Shown piece after piece: positions 18,570 to 27,666 of a DNA stretch of 64,000 bases. The stretch spans positions 374,402-438,401 of the forward strand of contig JAZJYZ010000001.1 of NCBI GenBank assembly GCA_040390125.1, in the 5' to 3' direction. The translations under genes were made by a program, and so were the position numbers. The stretch is from Patescibacteria group bacterium. Lineage in GTDB: Bacteria > Patescibacteriota > Minisyncoccia > Phycocordibacterales > Phycocordibacteraceae. Position 1 is the stretch's first letter. Each line of letters starts with the position of its first letter. Under the pieces are notes generated by a model, which saw only the letters and a list, made by a program, of their open reading frames with translations, did no database searches and was not told the DNA's origin.

Positions 18570-19205
18570 ATGCAGGCTTCTGGTTCTCTGTATCTCATTC
18601 ATGGTGCTGCACTTGATGCTGGTGCGGTTAAGTTTGATTTCGAAAAAGGATTTCCTTTCGTCTCAGGAATCGTTGCTCCTATCTACATAGACACACGTAA
18701 ATTGTGGTTTGATCCAGCAATACGTGAAAAAGCGGTGAACGCTCTTGCTGAATATATTGATCAGGAACGTCTCGAATTTGATACGATTGCCGGGGTTGAA
18801 AGTGGTGCCATAGCACCAGCAGCACTTCTTGCCTCAAAACTTCAAAAGCGTTTTGTGTACGTTAAGAAAAAAGCGAAGGAGCATGGTTTGAAGCGTATGA
18901 TCGAGTGTGGCGATGTGGAAGGTTCGAATGTTCTCCTTCTCGAGGATTTGGTATCCACAGGTGGAAGTAGTGTTAATGGAATAGAGGTATTGAGAAGTGC
19001 CGGAGCTATTGTGCATGACTGCCTTGCCGTTCACTCCTACGATTTTGGAATGGCGACGGAGAATTTTTCAAAAGCCGACGTACGTTTACATCCATTGGTT
19101 CTGGTAGGAGAAATTGCTCACGAGGCAGCTGTTCGCTCTGTTATCTCTCTTCCTGAGGAAGAGAGGGTAGTTGCATGGCTTAAAAACCCTCATCAACCCT
19201 GGTAA
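18570..19205 (+). CDS. pyrE: orotate phosphoribosyltransferase
   Basis: type I PRTase PRPP motif VLLLEDLVSTGGS; N-terminal GAVKFDFEKG. Confidence 0.7.
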   Translation: MQASGSLYLIHGAALDAGAVKFDFEKGFPFVSGIVAPIYIDTRKLWFDPAIREKAVNALAEYIDQERLEFDTIAGVESGAIAPAALLASKLQKRFVYVKKKAKEHGLKRMIECGDVEGSNVLLLEDLVSTGGSSVNGIEVLRSAGAIVHDCLAVHSYDFGMATENFSKADVRLHPLVLVGEIAHEAAVRSVISLPEEERVVAWLKNPHQPW

Positions 19206-20263
19206 TGTACAAAACTCTCGTTTCTTTTTTCTTTCTGTTTTTTAAAGATCCGGAAACGGCGCATCATGTTGCGCTTGTTTTTTTGAGAATCATTGGGTTT
19301 CCACCTTTCAAGCAAATACTCTCATTGTTTACTCGTGTGAACGACCCCGCACTTTCACAAAAAATATTTAAACTCACATTTAAAAATCCTATAGGCCTTG
19401 CTGCAGGGCTTGATAAAGAGGGGCAGGCGATCCCAGGTATTGAGGCTCTGGGTTTTGGATCTATTGAAGTAGGTACGGTTACGAGTCATGCACAGCCTGG
19501 CAATCCTCGCCCGAGGCTTTTCCGTTTCGAGGAAGATAAAGCAATCATAAATAGGATGGGTTTTAACAACAAAGGCGTTGCCGTCATGAAAGAGCATCTG
19601 GGGATTGTGCGTGTGAAGGTGCCAATCGGAGTATCTATCGGGAAGTCGAAAGTCACAGAGCTCAAAGATGCCGCAGAAGATTACCTCTATTCATTTTCAG
19701 CCTTGTATGATGTTGGAAATTATTTTGTCGTGAACGTGAGTTCGCCAAACACACCCAATCTTCGACAGCTTCAAGACACAGATTTTCTCGCAAACATTTT
19801 GGGACGTTTAAATCACTTCCGTGATATCCAACCAGTTCGGAAACCTATACTACTGAAAATAGCTCCCGACACAGCACTTAAAGCCATTGATGAAATACTT
19901 CACGTATGTAAAGAGCAGAAGGTTGACGGAATTATTGCCGTAAATACGAGTGTCGGCCGTGAAGGATTACATGCTCCTACAGAAGAAAGTGGAGGGTTAA
20001 GTGGTCTTCCCATTCAGAAACGCTCCACAGAAATCATTCGCCATATCCACGAACAGGCCCCAACGCTTCCCATCATTGGCGTGGGTGGAGTATTTACCGC
20101 AGAGGATGCGTACGAAAAAATTAAAGCAGGTGCGAGCCTCGTTCAGATTTATACAGCATTTATCTACGAAGGCCCGATGGTGGTAAAAGAAATAAATAAA
20201 GGTTTGGCTGGGCTTTTAAAAAGGGACGGGTTTAAAAATATTTCAGAGGCCGTAGGGAAATAA
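19205..20263 (+). CDS. pyrD: dihydroorotate dehydrogenase (quinone), class 2
   Basis: N-terminal membrane-association helix; NPIGLAAGLDK and GFGSIEVGTVT motifs. Confidence 0.85.
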   Translation: MYKTLVSFFFLFFKDPETAHHVALVFLRIIGFPPFKQILSLFTRVNDPALSQKIFKLTFKNPIGLAAGLDKEGQAIPGIEALGFGSIEVGTVTSHAQPGNPRPRLFRFEEDKAIINRMGFNNKGVAVMKEHLGIVRVKVPIGVSIGKSKVTELKDAAEDYLYSFSALYDVGNYFVVNVSSPNTPNLRQLQDTDFLANILGRLNHFRDIQPVRKPILLKIAPDTALKAIDEILHVCKEQKVDGIIAVNTSVGREGLHAPTEESGGLSGLPIQKRSTEIIRHIHEQAPTLPIIGVGGVFTAEDAYEKIKAGASLVQIYTAFIYEGPMVVKEINKGLAGLLKRDGFKNISEAVGK

Positions 20264-20272
20264 AGAGGGCTA

Positions 20273-20301
20273 TTGACAAACTCAATATATAATGATATAT
20301 T
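20273..20301 (+). promoter_or_regulatory. sigma70-like promoter (TTGACA-17-TATATT)
   Basis: direct reading, ~50 bp upstream of the ORF at 20351. Confidence 0.4.
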
Positions 20302-20350
20302 GAAAGGGCGTTTCAAAAGCGGACTTATTTAGTGAAATAGTCATAAAAAT

Positions 20351-20827
20351 ATGGGATTTGAAAGAGCTGTCAAAAGAATAACTCATCTTGCTGCGCCTGT
20401 GGCGGCTTTATCACTTGCAAGTTCCGTACCGTTTTCAACGGCCCCTGAACTCAACTTTGACGACCCTAAAATGATGATTGCATTTGCGAGCTCAAGAGGG
20501 TGGCAAGATAAAGAAATTCATTCTTTCGCCCAGAGGTGCGCTGACGGAGCTTTAGATGGTGGCTCTATCATCGATCATACCTATGCATTTCCTTGTCTTG
20601 GTGAACCACTTAGAGAGGCGACTCATTTAGTTAAACGAACACTAAATTCTCAAGATGGCCCTAAGGTGTGTGACCCTAAGATCCTCGCGGAGTATGGACC
20701 TGTCGAAAATACTGATGGTGCGTATGTAATGACCGGATGGGTGGATTACCCAGTAAAAAACACTGCCGGCGATTGTGTTACAAAACCTAATCCTCTCACT
20801 GAAGTCCTTACATCGGATTCTAAATAA
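20351..20827 (+). CDS. secreted hypothetical protein
   Basis: 158 aa with signal peptide (AAPVAALSLASS). Confidence 0.4.
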   Translation: MGFERAVKRITHLAAPVAALSLASSVPFSTAPELNFDDPKMMIAFASSRGWQDKEIHSFAQRCADGALDGGSIIDHTYAFPCLGEPLREATHLVKRTLNSQDGPKVCDPKILAEYGPVENTDGAYVMTGWVDYPVKNTAGDCVTKPNPLTEVLTSDSK

Positions 20828-20973
20828 AAAGTTATAGTTACGCTTAGAGACGACTAGTATGTGGATAAAGTTTGCATAGATCTGTAACCTGCCGTATACT
20901 CTCTCTAATTTATGCAGCAATTTCCAAACACTATTTTCCGCCACAAGAAGAGTAGTAGTGTTTCTGTTTCATC

Positions 20974-20997
20974 CCTCCCATTGGAGGGTATTTTTTT
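20974..20997 (+). terminator. rho-independent terminator
   Basis: ccctcc catt ggaggg followed by TATTTTTTT. Confidence 0.6.
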
Positions 20998-21003
20998 ATC
21001 TCT

Positions 21004-21981
21004 ATGGAAATAAACCCTTGGGACTTGAAGGCACAAATGCTTACCGCAATTAAAGCAAAGGGAGGCTTTGCAAATTGCCATGCTCATTTTGATAAAGCGT
21101 ATTACATATCCAAAGACGGACTCGACAAGGCGATGGTGGACATGGAGGTGAAGTGGCGAATGTCTGACGATATCAAGCGCAATTCTACTCAAACCGAAAT
21201 AGAGGAGAGAATTCGCCGAGGGTTCGACATGTTGGTTGCCCAAGGATGCACGTATACCTGCACGTTTGTTGATGCATACGATGCAGTTGGACATAAAGCC
21301 ATTGATGCCGCCCTCAAGGTTCGCGAAGAATACAAAGGGAAAATCGAAGTAAAGCTCATCACGCAACCTTTAGGTGGATTGGTGGATGAAACCGCACGAA
21401 AACTTTTTGAAGAAATCAGTGCAAAGGCTGACATCGTGGGCGGACTTCCTTCTAAAGATCGACCAAATGATGCGGAAAATTATGATCTCTTGTTTGGCAT
21501 CGCAAAGAAATTAAATAAGCCAGTGCATGTGCACATTGATCAAGAAAACAATCCTGATGAAAAAGACTCTGAAAAACTCATTGCGGCAGTGAAGAAACAC
21601 GGCTACGAAGGACGTACTGTGGCCATTCACGCAATCTCTGTTTCTGCACAGCCAGCTCCATATAGGAAAGAGATATACAAACAGTTTGCTGAGCTAGGAA
21701 TTGCGGTTGTGGTGTGTCCAACAGCCGCAATTTCAATGCGTCAACTTGATGACAAACTAGCTCCCGTGCATAACTCAATTGCAAACGTTCCTGAAATGCT
21801 CGAGGCAGGTGTTCTTGTGGGGCTTGGAGTCGACAACGTCTGCGATTTTTATGAACCGTTTGTTGATGGAGATATGTGGACGGAGCTCCGATTCCTTCAA
21901 GAAGCTTGTCGATTTTATGCCTTCGATCCATTAGTAGCCATCGCATCGGAAAACGGTCGCAAAATCCTCAACTATGCTTAA
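21004..21981 (+). CDS. metal-dependent amidohydrolase, cytosine-deaminase-like
   Basis: metal-ligand motifs CHAHFD, VHVHID, AIHAIS, GVDNVCD. Confidence 0.55.
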   Translation: MEINPWDLKAQMLTAIKAKGGFANCHAHFDKAYYISKDGLDKAMVDMEVKWRMSDDIKRNSTQTEIEERIRRGFDMLVAQGCTYTCTFVDAYDAVGHKAIDAALKVREEYKGKIEVKLITQPLGGLVDETARKLFEEISAKADIVGGLPSKDRPNDAENYDLLFGIAKKLNKPVHVHIDQENNPDEKDSEKLIAAVKKHGYEGRTVAIHAISVSAQPAPYRKEIYKQFAELGIAVVVCPTAAISMRQLDDKLAPVHNSIANVPEMLEAGVLVGLGVDNVCDFYEPFVDGDMWTELRFLQEACRFYAFDPLVAIASENGRKILNYA

Positions 21982-22021
21982 TTACTACTTTCTACCTTCT
22001 ACTTACTAATAACTAATCACC

Positions 22022-23308
22022 ATGGCAAAACTCTGGCAAGCACCAACAACAAAACTTCATCCTCTCGTCGAAAAATATACTGTCGGTAGTGACTATGAGC
22101 TCGACAAACGTCTTTTGCCGTACGACATAGAGGCTTCCATTGCTCATGCAGAAGCGCTCGTTAAATTAGGCATCCTTACGGAAGATGAGTTTAAACAGCT
22201 CAAAGGTGCATTAGGCGAAATTTTGGCGCTCCATAAGGAGGGCAAATTTGAAATCACTCAAGCTGATGAAGATTGCCACACGGCGATTGAAAACTATCTC
22301 GTTCAAAAATTGGGACAGCTCGGTAAGAAAATTCATACCTGTCGTTCTCGTAACGACCAAGTGTTGGTGGCGACACGCCTCTACACTCGGAAGAAGTTGA
22401 AACAAATCAGTGAAGAAATAATAAAAACACAGAAAGTATTTCTTGAAATGGCAAAGAAGTATGAGTTTATGCCAATGCCGGGCTACACCCACACACGCCG
22501 AGCAATGCCCTCATCTGTTGGACATTGGGCAGCCGCATACGTGGAAGAGCTTATTAACGACCACATGCTCCTCGAGTCTGCATACAAATTGAACGATCAA
22601 AATCCAATGGGTGCAGCCGCAGGGTTTGGTATTAACCTTCCTCTCGATAGGGAACTCACCACGAAGCTTCTTGGCTTTCAACGACTCCAAGTGAATTCGC
22701 TCTATGCAGTGAATAGTCGAGGGCCAACGGAAAGCTACATTTTGTCAGTGTTGACGAAAGCAGTGATGACCTTGGGACGCCTTGCCAACGAAATGATTTG
22801 GTTTACGACGCCTGAATTTAATTTCTTTTTCCTTCCAAACGAATTCACTACAGGTTCTTCAATCATGCCTCAGAAAAAGAATCCCGATGTATTCGAGATT
22901 CTGCGTTCCAACGTGAATGTCATCGTTGCCTTGCAGACGCAGGTTAAAGACATTTCTAAAAATCTCATCTCCGGCTACAACCGTGACACCCAGCTCACCA
23001 AAGAGCCTCTTATAAAAGGAATGGGTATTGCACGAAGAAGTTTTGAAATAGTTGCGCTCGTGATGGCAGAAGTAAAGCCAAACGAAGAGAAACTGATGAA
23101 GTCACTAGAACCAGAGTTCTTTGCAGTACATGAAGCCAACCGTCTTGTGAAGGAAGGTATGACATTCCGTGATGCGTACCAACACGTGAAAGAGCATCTT
23201 GCAGAGCTCGAAGTGCCAGATCCGGTAAAGGCCATTAAAGAAGTGGTGTCGATTGGAGGTCCGGGGAACCTTCAACTCGATAAATATGTTCTCTCCACAC
23301 CGCTTTAA
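22022..23308 (+). CDS. argH: argininosuccinate lyase
   Basis: fumarate-lyase signature GSSIMPQKKNPD; 428 aa. Confidence 0.9.
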   Translation: MAKLWQAPTTKLHPLVEKYTVGSDYELDKRLLPYDIEASIAHAEALVKLGILTEDEFKQLKGALGEILALHKEGKFEITQADEDCHTAIENYLVQKLGQLGKKIHTCRSRNDQVLVATRLYTRKKLKQISEEIIKTQKVFLEMAKKYEFMPMPGYTHTRRAMPSSVGHWAAAYVEELINDHMLLESAYKLNDQNPMGAAAGFGINLPLDRELTTKLLGFQRLQVNSLYAVNSRGPTESYILSVLTKAVMTLGRLANEMIWFTTPEFNFFFLPNEFTTGSSIMPQKKNPDVFEILRSNVNVIVALQTQVKDISKNLISGYNRDTQLTKEPLIKGMGIARRSFEIVALVMAEVKPNEEKLMKSLEPEFFAVHEANRLVKEGMTFRDAYQHVKEHLAELEVPDPVKAIKEVVSIGGPGNLQLDKYVLSTPL

Positions 23309-23321
23309 AAGCGGTGTTTTT
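23296..23321 (+). terminator. rho-independent terminator overlapping the argH stop
   Basis: acaccgctttaaaagcggtgt followed by TTTTT. Confidence 0.6.
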
Positions 23322-23373
23322 ATTAGAGAGGTTCTTACATTATCAAATTAAAAATTAAAATTAAATAAAACAT

Positions 23374-24219
23374 ATGCATCCAGCAATTGATCTCATCGAG
23401 CCAAAAGACTATGACGCAGCCGTCACAAAACTTCGTGAATTTTTTAGAATGAAAGGTTTCATTGAAACGCCAATTCAGCATCGCTTGAGTATTCTTGCCG
23501 CATGCGAAGACCCGTTTACCATCGCAACCTTTAATTACGCAGGTAACGTGTGGCCTCTTCCGCAAACAGGGCAGATGTGGCTCGAATACGAATTACTTAC
23601 GAAGCCCGATGTGCCAGGCTACTACTGCATCACCACGAGCTTCCGCAATGAAGCAAAACCCATTCCAGGGCGTCACAACCTCATCTTCCCGATGTTTGAG
23701 TTTGAAACCCACGGAGGTTTGGATGTACTCCAAAAGCTTGAGACCGAACTTCTAGAGTTTATGGGCTTTGGCACCGCTTCTTCGTTTAAGGAACTTGAGT
23801 ACGCTGATGCTACCGCCAAATACGGCACAAAAGATTTGACTGCTGTCGAGGAGATAAAAATGCAGGAGGATTTTGGACCAGTGGTGTTTCTGCGAAATTT
23901 TCCACAATACACATCGCCATTCTGGAATATGAAGAAGGAAGGGGAGTTTGCGAAGAAAATTGACGTTATTCTCTACGGCATTGAAACCATAGGTTCAGCT
24001 GAGAGAAGTATTGACCCGAAGGAAATGCGTGAGCTCTTTAACACCATTTCGGACGGTATGTACGCAAAGACAATCTTTGCACAATTCGGGCAGGCGAGAG
24101 TTGAAGAAGAGCTTGATAAGTTCTTGTCCTACAAATTCTTTCAACGCTGTGGTGGAGGTATTGGGCTCACTCGTATGATTCGTGCCATGAAATTAGCGAA
24201 GCTCATTCCAAGCTCTTAG
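23374..24219 (+). CDS. class II aaRS catalytic-core paralog, archaeal-type asparagine synthetase A (AsnA)-like
   Basis: 281 aa without an anticodon-binding domain; motif 2 (SFRNE) and motif 3 (GGGIGLTRM) of class IIb aaRS. Confidence 0.5.
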   Translation: MHPAIDLIEPKDYDAAVTKLREFFRMKGFIETPIQHRLSILAACEDPFTIATFNYAGNVWPLPQTGQMWLEYELLTKPDVPGYYCITTSFRNEAKPIPGRHNLIFPMFEFETHGGLDVLQKLETELLEFMGFGTASSFKELEYADATAKYGTKDLTAVEEIKMQEDFGPVVFLRNFPQYTSPFWNMKKEGEFAKKIDVILYGIETIGSAERSIDPKEMRELFNTISDGMYAKTIFAQFGQARVEEELDKFLSYKFFQRCGGGIGLTRMIRAMKLAKLIPSS

Positions 24220-24263
24220 TACTTATTGACTCGTTTGTATACTGGTCGTATATTATTTCCATT

Positions 24264-24479
24264 ATGCCAAGAACTAGTGAATCTGCGTCTGTCAGAAGAA
24301 TTCTACCTTCTGGAGAAAAACTTGTTCGAGTGGTCTTAGGAGAAAAAATCATAGAATTTAAAGTAAAAGGTCCTGTTGTAAAAACATTAGATCGCAGAGA
24401 TTCATCTATAACAGACGCAGAAATTCATAGAGGATGGAGGGTTGCTGCTGGACTTGAGGCTCGAAATGCAGGAGCTTAA
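24264..24479 (+). CDS. hypothetical small ORF within a long non-coding stretch
   Basis: 71-aa ORF only; weak. Confidence 0.15.
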   Translation: MPRTSESASVRRILPSGEKLVRVVLGEKIIEFKVKGPVVKTLDRRDSSITDAEIHRGWRVAAGLEARNAGA

Positions 24480-24763
24480 TTGCGTGCTCGCAGGTGATAT
24501 CCATTGCCTAATTCGCACGAATGGTGGAATAGTTTGGGAATTTGACCTCTAGGGGTATGAGTTTTATAATTAAAAGATGATTGGAGAGGGAGTTACCAGA
24601 GAAGTATTGCTAGGCAGGCTCACAAAAGCCGCTCGAAGAGGTCGTGGTGCACGTACTCCTGTGCAGGAATCCGCACGAAAAGTAGAAATAAACCAGGTAC
24701 TTCGACAGTTGGACTCCTCTTTGCGAGTGCAATAAATCTTTCGTAATCAGTTATACTTGAGCG

Positions 24764-25804
24764 ATGTCAGGTGATTTATCGCTGTACAGAAAATACCGTC
24801 CTCAGGTCTTTAAGGATGTCTTGGGGCAAGACCATGTGGTTAAGGTGCTTGAGGGAGCGCTTAAAGAAAAGCACCCTGCACATGCATATCTTTTTATAGG
24901 TTCTCGAGGAACAGGAAAGACCAGCGTGGCTCGCATCCTTGCACGAGAGCTCGGTGCAACTGAGCGTGATATTTATGAAATGGATGCAGCATCGAACACG
25001 GGCGTTGATAACATTCGCCAGCTTCGTGAAGAAGCGTTTGTGATGCCGTTTGAGTCTCCTCGAAAGGTATACATCATCGACGAAGTGCACATGCTCTCAA
25101 AAGGTGCTTTCAATGCGTTTTTGAAACTTCTTGAAGAGCCCCCTTCGCATGTGGTGTTTATTCTTGCAACTACTGAACTGGAAAAAGTTCCTGAAACTAT
25201 TCAGTCACGTTGCCAAGTGTTCACATTCAAAAAACCAACGCAAAAAGTATTGGTGGAAATGGTAACAAGGGTGGCAAAAGCGGAAGGCTTTACGCTTGAG
25301 CCCGCCGCAGCTGAGCTTATTTCACTTCTTGCTGACGGATCATTCCGTGATGCTCATGGCACCTTGCAAAAAATTCTTGCCTCTTCTTCGGACAAAAAAG
25401 TAAGTGTTGAAGAAGCAGTGCTAGTTACGGGGGCACCCCGTTTGGAGCTTGTAGAAAAAGTTATTACCGATTTGAGTGAAGGAAAAGCTGATGGTGCACT
25501 TCAAGCAGTGGGGGAGGCAACGAAGGCGAATGCTGACATGAATGTGTTTGCAATGCTTCTTCTTCAGCGCTTGCGCATTCTTCTTATGCTTCGCTACTCG
25601 CCTGAATTTGGCAAAGAACTTTCGAGCGACCTTGCCGATACTGACCGAGCATTTCTTGAATCTCTCGCAAAAGACGCAAAATCAAAAATAAATTCAGAAA
25701 CCTTGCGTAAATTCATTCTTGCCTCTATCGAAATCCCTCGCTCTCCCGTTCCTCAGTTGCCTTTAGAGCTTGCAATAATGGAGCTCTCAGCACCGAAGGT
25801 GTGA
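24764..25804 (+). CDS. dnaX: DNA polymerase III subunit gamma/tau (short form)
   Basis: AAA+ Walker A GSRGTGKTS; YRPQxFxDVxGQ start; 346 aa. Confidence 0.9.
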   Translation: MSGDLSLYRKYRPQVFKDVLGQDHVVKVLEGALKEKHPAHAYLFIGSRGTGKTSVARILARELGATERDIYEMDAASNTGVDNIRQLREEAFVMPFESPRKVYIIDEVHMLSKGAFNAFLKLLEEPPSHVVFILATTELEKVPETIQSRCQVFTFKKPTQKVLVEMVTRVAKAEGFTLEPAAAELISLLADGSFRDAHGTLQKILASSSDKKVSVEEAVLVTGAPRLELVEKVITDLSEGKADGALQAVGEATKANADMNVFAMLLLQRLRILLMLRYSPEFGKELSSDLADTDRAFLESLAKDAKSKINSETLRKFILASIEIPRSPVPQLPLELAIMELSAPKV

Positions 25805-25805
25805 G

Positions 25806-25877
25806 GTTGTAGGTGATAGGGAATAGTTAAAACTGGAAATTTCAGCCTAAAACCTGTAACCTATCACCTGTAACCTA
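25806..25877. repeat. dispersed short repeat copy with inverted partner (gttgtaggtgatagg … cctatcacctgtaacct)
   Basis: aaacctgtaacctatcacctgtaacct; the upstream segment is its near reverse complement. Confidence 0.5.
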
Positions 25878-25889
25878 GAAGTTAGGTAA

Positions 25890-25960
25890 TGGGGAATCGT
25901 CTAATGGTAGGACAGAGGCCTTTGAAGCCTTTAATTGGGGTTCGAATCCCTGTTCCCCAG
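25890..25960 (+). tRNA. tRNA-Gln (anticodon UUG)
   Basis: U1:A72 acceptor TGGGGAA/TTCCCCA; anticodon stem GAGGC/GCCTT with loop CTTTGAA; T-loop TTCGAAT; discriminator G; close to E. coli tRNA-Gln. Confidence 0.8.
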
Positions 25961-26147
25961 CAATGACATAAAACAGGCCACTCTATGTGGCTTTTGTTTT
26001 ATGTAATCATTGCGTGGGAAAGAAAGCGAATAGTTTCGCTTTCGTCAGGATTCGAAAAGCGGAGGTATACTTTTGTTTGTGCCTCACAAGGCAAAAGTAC
26101 CGAGCTGGGGTCGCGAGAAATTTCAGTCAAGAAATTTACTTGTGACC

Positions 26148-26162
26148 GAATCCCTGTTCCCC
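26148..26162 (+). repeat. att-like copy of the tRNA-Gln 3' end (gaatccctgttcccc)
   Basis: 15/15 identity to tRNA 25944-25958. Confidence 0.6.
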
Positions 26163-26189
26163 CTAGAAATCTTGGCTGTCTCCATTCCT

Positions 26190-26206
26190 GAATCCCTCTT
26201 CCTCAG
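26190..26206 (+). repeat. degenerate att-like copy (gaatccctcttcctcag)
   Basis: 15/17 identity to the tRNA 3' end. Confidence 0.45.
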
Positions 26207-26279
26207 TTAGTAGAGTTGGAGTTCTGGACGCCCCAAGAGCGTCATTTTAAATGCTATTATTTGTAGTAACTAAAGTGCT

Positions 26280-27665
26280 ATGCAAAAAAAGATAGCTTTT
26301 CTGAAGACCTCCGATTTAGTCTTGGACATTGATAATCCTAGATTTGGTGAACTTTATACGGGAAGTAATAAGGAAGAAGATCTCATAGAATATTTACTAT
26401 TCAACGAGTCGGCAATTACTTTAGTCGATCGACTAGCTTCAACAAAGGAATTCTATACAGATAAACCATTACTAGTTTTTGATAACGGTAAAAAGAAAAT
26501 AGTCAAAGATGGAAATAGAAGATGCGCCGCAGTGAAAGCTTTGCTGAACCCTACCAAATTCGGTATCACTTCTCCCGCATATAAAATTAAGGAGCTCCCG
26601 GTCGTTGTGTATACAAATAAAGCAGAAATAGATAAACGAATTATTGAAGAACATACCAACAGTATGTTCAGAGAATGGGACAGAATTGCAAAAGCAATTG
26701 AAGTTTATAGGCAGTTTGAATCTGGCTCCTCTATAGAATCCATGGAGGAGATTGACAGTAAGCCTGCGGATTTAATTAAATTAGCAAGTTTCTACTATGA
26801 AGCTGTAAAAATCGGAGGTGATGATTTGAAAAAGCTTCTGCGAAAAGGTAGGGGTGGTACTGGAGGAAAAACAACTATATTTGAAAGATTATTTAAATAC
26901 TCAAACGCTTGTGGTTATCGATTTAAAAATAAACCTGACTATGTTGTTGAAATAACCGATAACAAGAAGTTTAAAAGTTACATCAAAAAAGTAGTTGGGT
27001 ATTTGACGAAGAACCCTTCAACTACATATAGAGATGTTGATGAAAAGAACCCAAAGTTTTTTACAGAAATAGGCCTTTCCAATCTTGCTACTCAAAACTC
27101 TTCTGGATCATCTACGCCAACCACAGTAAGCACATCGCAAACAAAAGGCGCCGCTCTCGCCGCAGCATCAATTCCAAAACATACAAATAAAGCCCAACCT
27201 AAACCTGAGTACAATCGAACAATACCTGGGCCATTAAAAAAAGTTATTGACGAATGTTACGGACTAAACGAACTAACTTTTACTAATTCAAAAATTGCCA
27301 TGACCCGGGTGGTTTTTGAATGTTGTTTAAAATATATTGTGGAAGAAACGAAATATAACGGCATTCTTTTAAAAGATTACAGCTATTTTAATAATATTTT
27401 TCCAAATGGAACTCCAACAGGTAGAAAGTGGACAAATTTTACAAAATTAAAAAATTTGTTTGAGGAGCTAATAAAAAACGCGGGGAAAAAGCAAGCATTT
27501 AAGAGCTTTGATATAGAGATACCTCATCAAATAATTCATAACTACAATATTGCAGGTCTTGTGAAAGAGGCAAAAACTCTCTGTGACAACTTAATACCTC
27601 TAGTCGAATTCATGCTGGAAACAGAAGCCAACCTTCTAAATAGTATTGATACACAAAAATTATAG
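26280..27665 (+). CDS. ParB-like nuclease (ParBc/Srx-fold) domain protein with a large uncharacterised C-terminal region
   Basis: N-terminal LVLDIDNPRF and KDGNRRCAAVKAL (DGxxR ParB/DUF262-type motif); Ser/Thr/Pro linker; 461 aa; AT-rich. Confidence 0.5.
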   Translation: MQKKIAFLKTSDLVLDIDNPRFGELYTGSNKEEDLIEYLLFNESAITLVDRLASTKEFYTDKPLLVFDNGKKKIVKDGNRRCAAVKALLNPTKFGITSPAYKIKELPVVVYTNKAEIDKRIIEEHTNSMFREWDRIAKAIEVYRQFESGSSIESMEEIDSKPADLIKLASFYYEAVKIGGDDLKKLLRKGRGGTGGKTTIFERLFKYSNACGYRFKNKPDYVVEITDNKKFKSYIKKVVGYLTKNPSTTYRDVDEKNPKFFTEIGLSNLATQNSSGSSTPTTVSTSQTKGAALAAASIPKHTNKAQPKPEYNRTIPGPLKKVIDECYGLNELTFTNSKIAMTRVVFECCLKYIVEETKYNGILLKDYSYFNNIFPNGTPTGRKWTNFTKLKNLFEELIKNAGKKQAFKSFDIEIPHQIIHNYNIAGLVKEAKTLCDNLIPLVEFMLETEANLLNSIDTQKL

Positions 27666-27666
27666 T

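Noticed and set aside
20905-21366. 153-aa minus-strand ORF overlapping the start of the amidohydrolase gene
   Set aside because: It conflicts with the well-supported amidohydrolase frame (metal-ligand motifs) and shows no family features.
24220-24763. SRP RNA (ffs) upstream of dnaX
   Set aside because: The synteny is suggestive, but I could not find the conserved domain IV motif (GGAA tetraloop with AGCAG-containing asymmetric loop). It is left as an unconfirmed hypothesis only.
6519-25877. Possible CRISPR array formed by the aaacctgtaacct repeats
   Set aside because: Copies are dispersed over 19 kb at five loci, 12-14 nt long, and not separated by regular unique spacers. No cas genes are present. 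This is not CRISPR.
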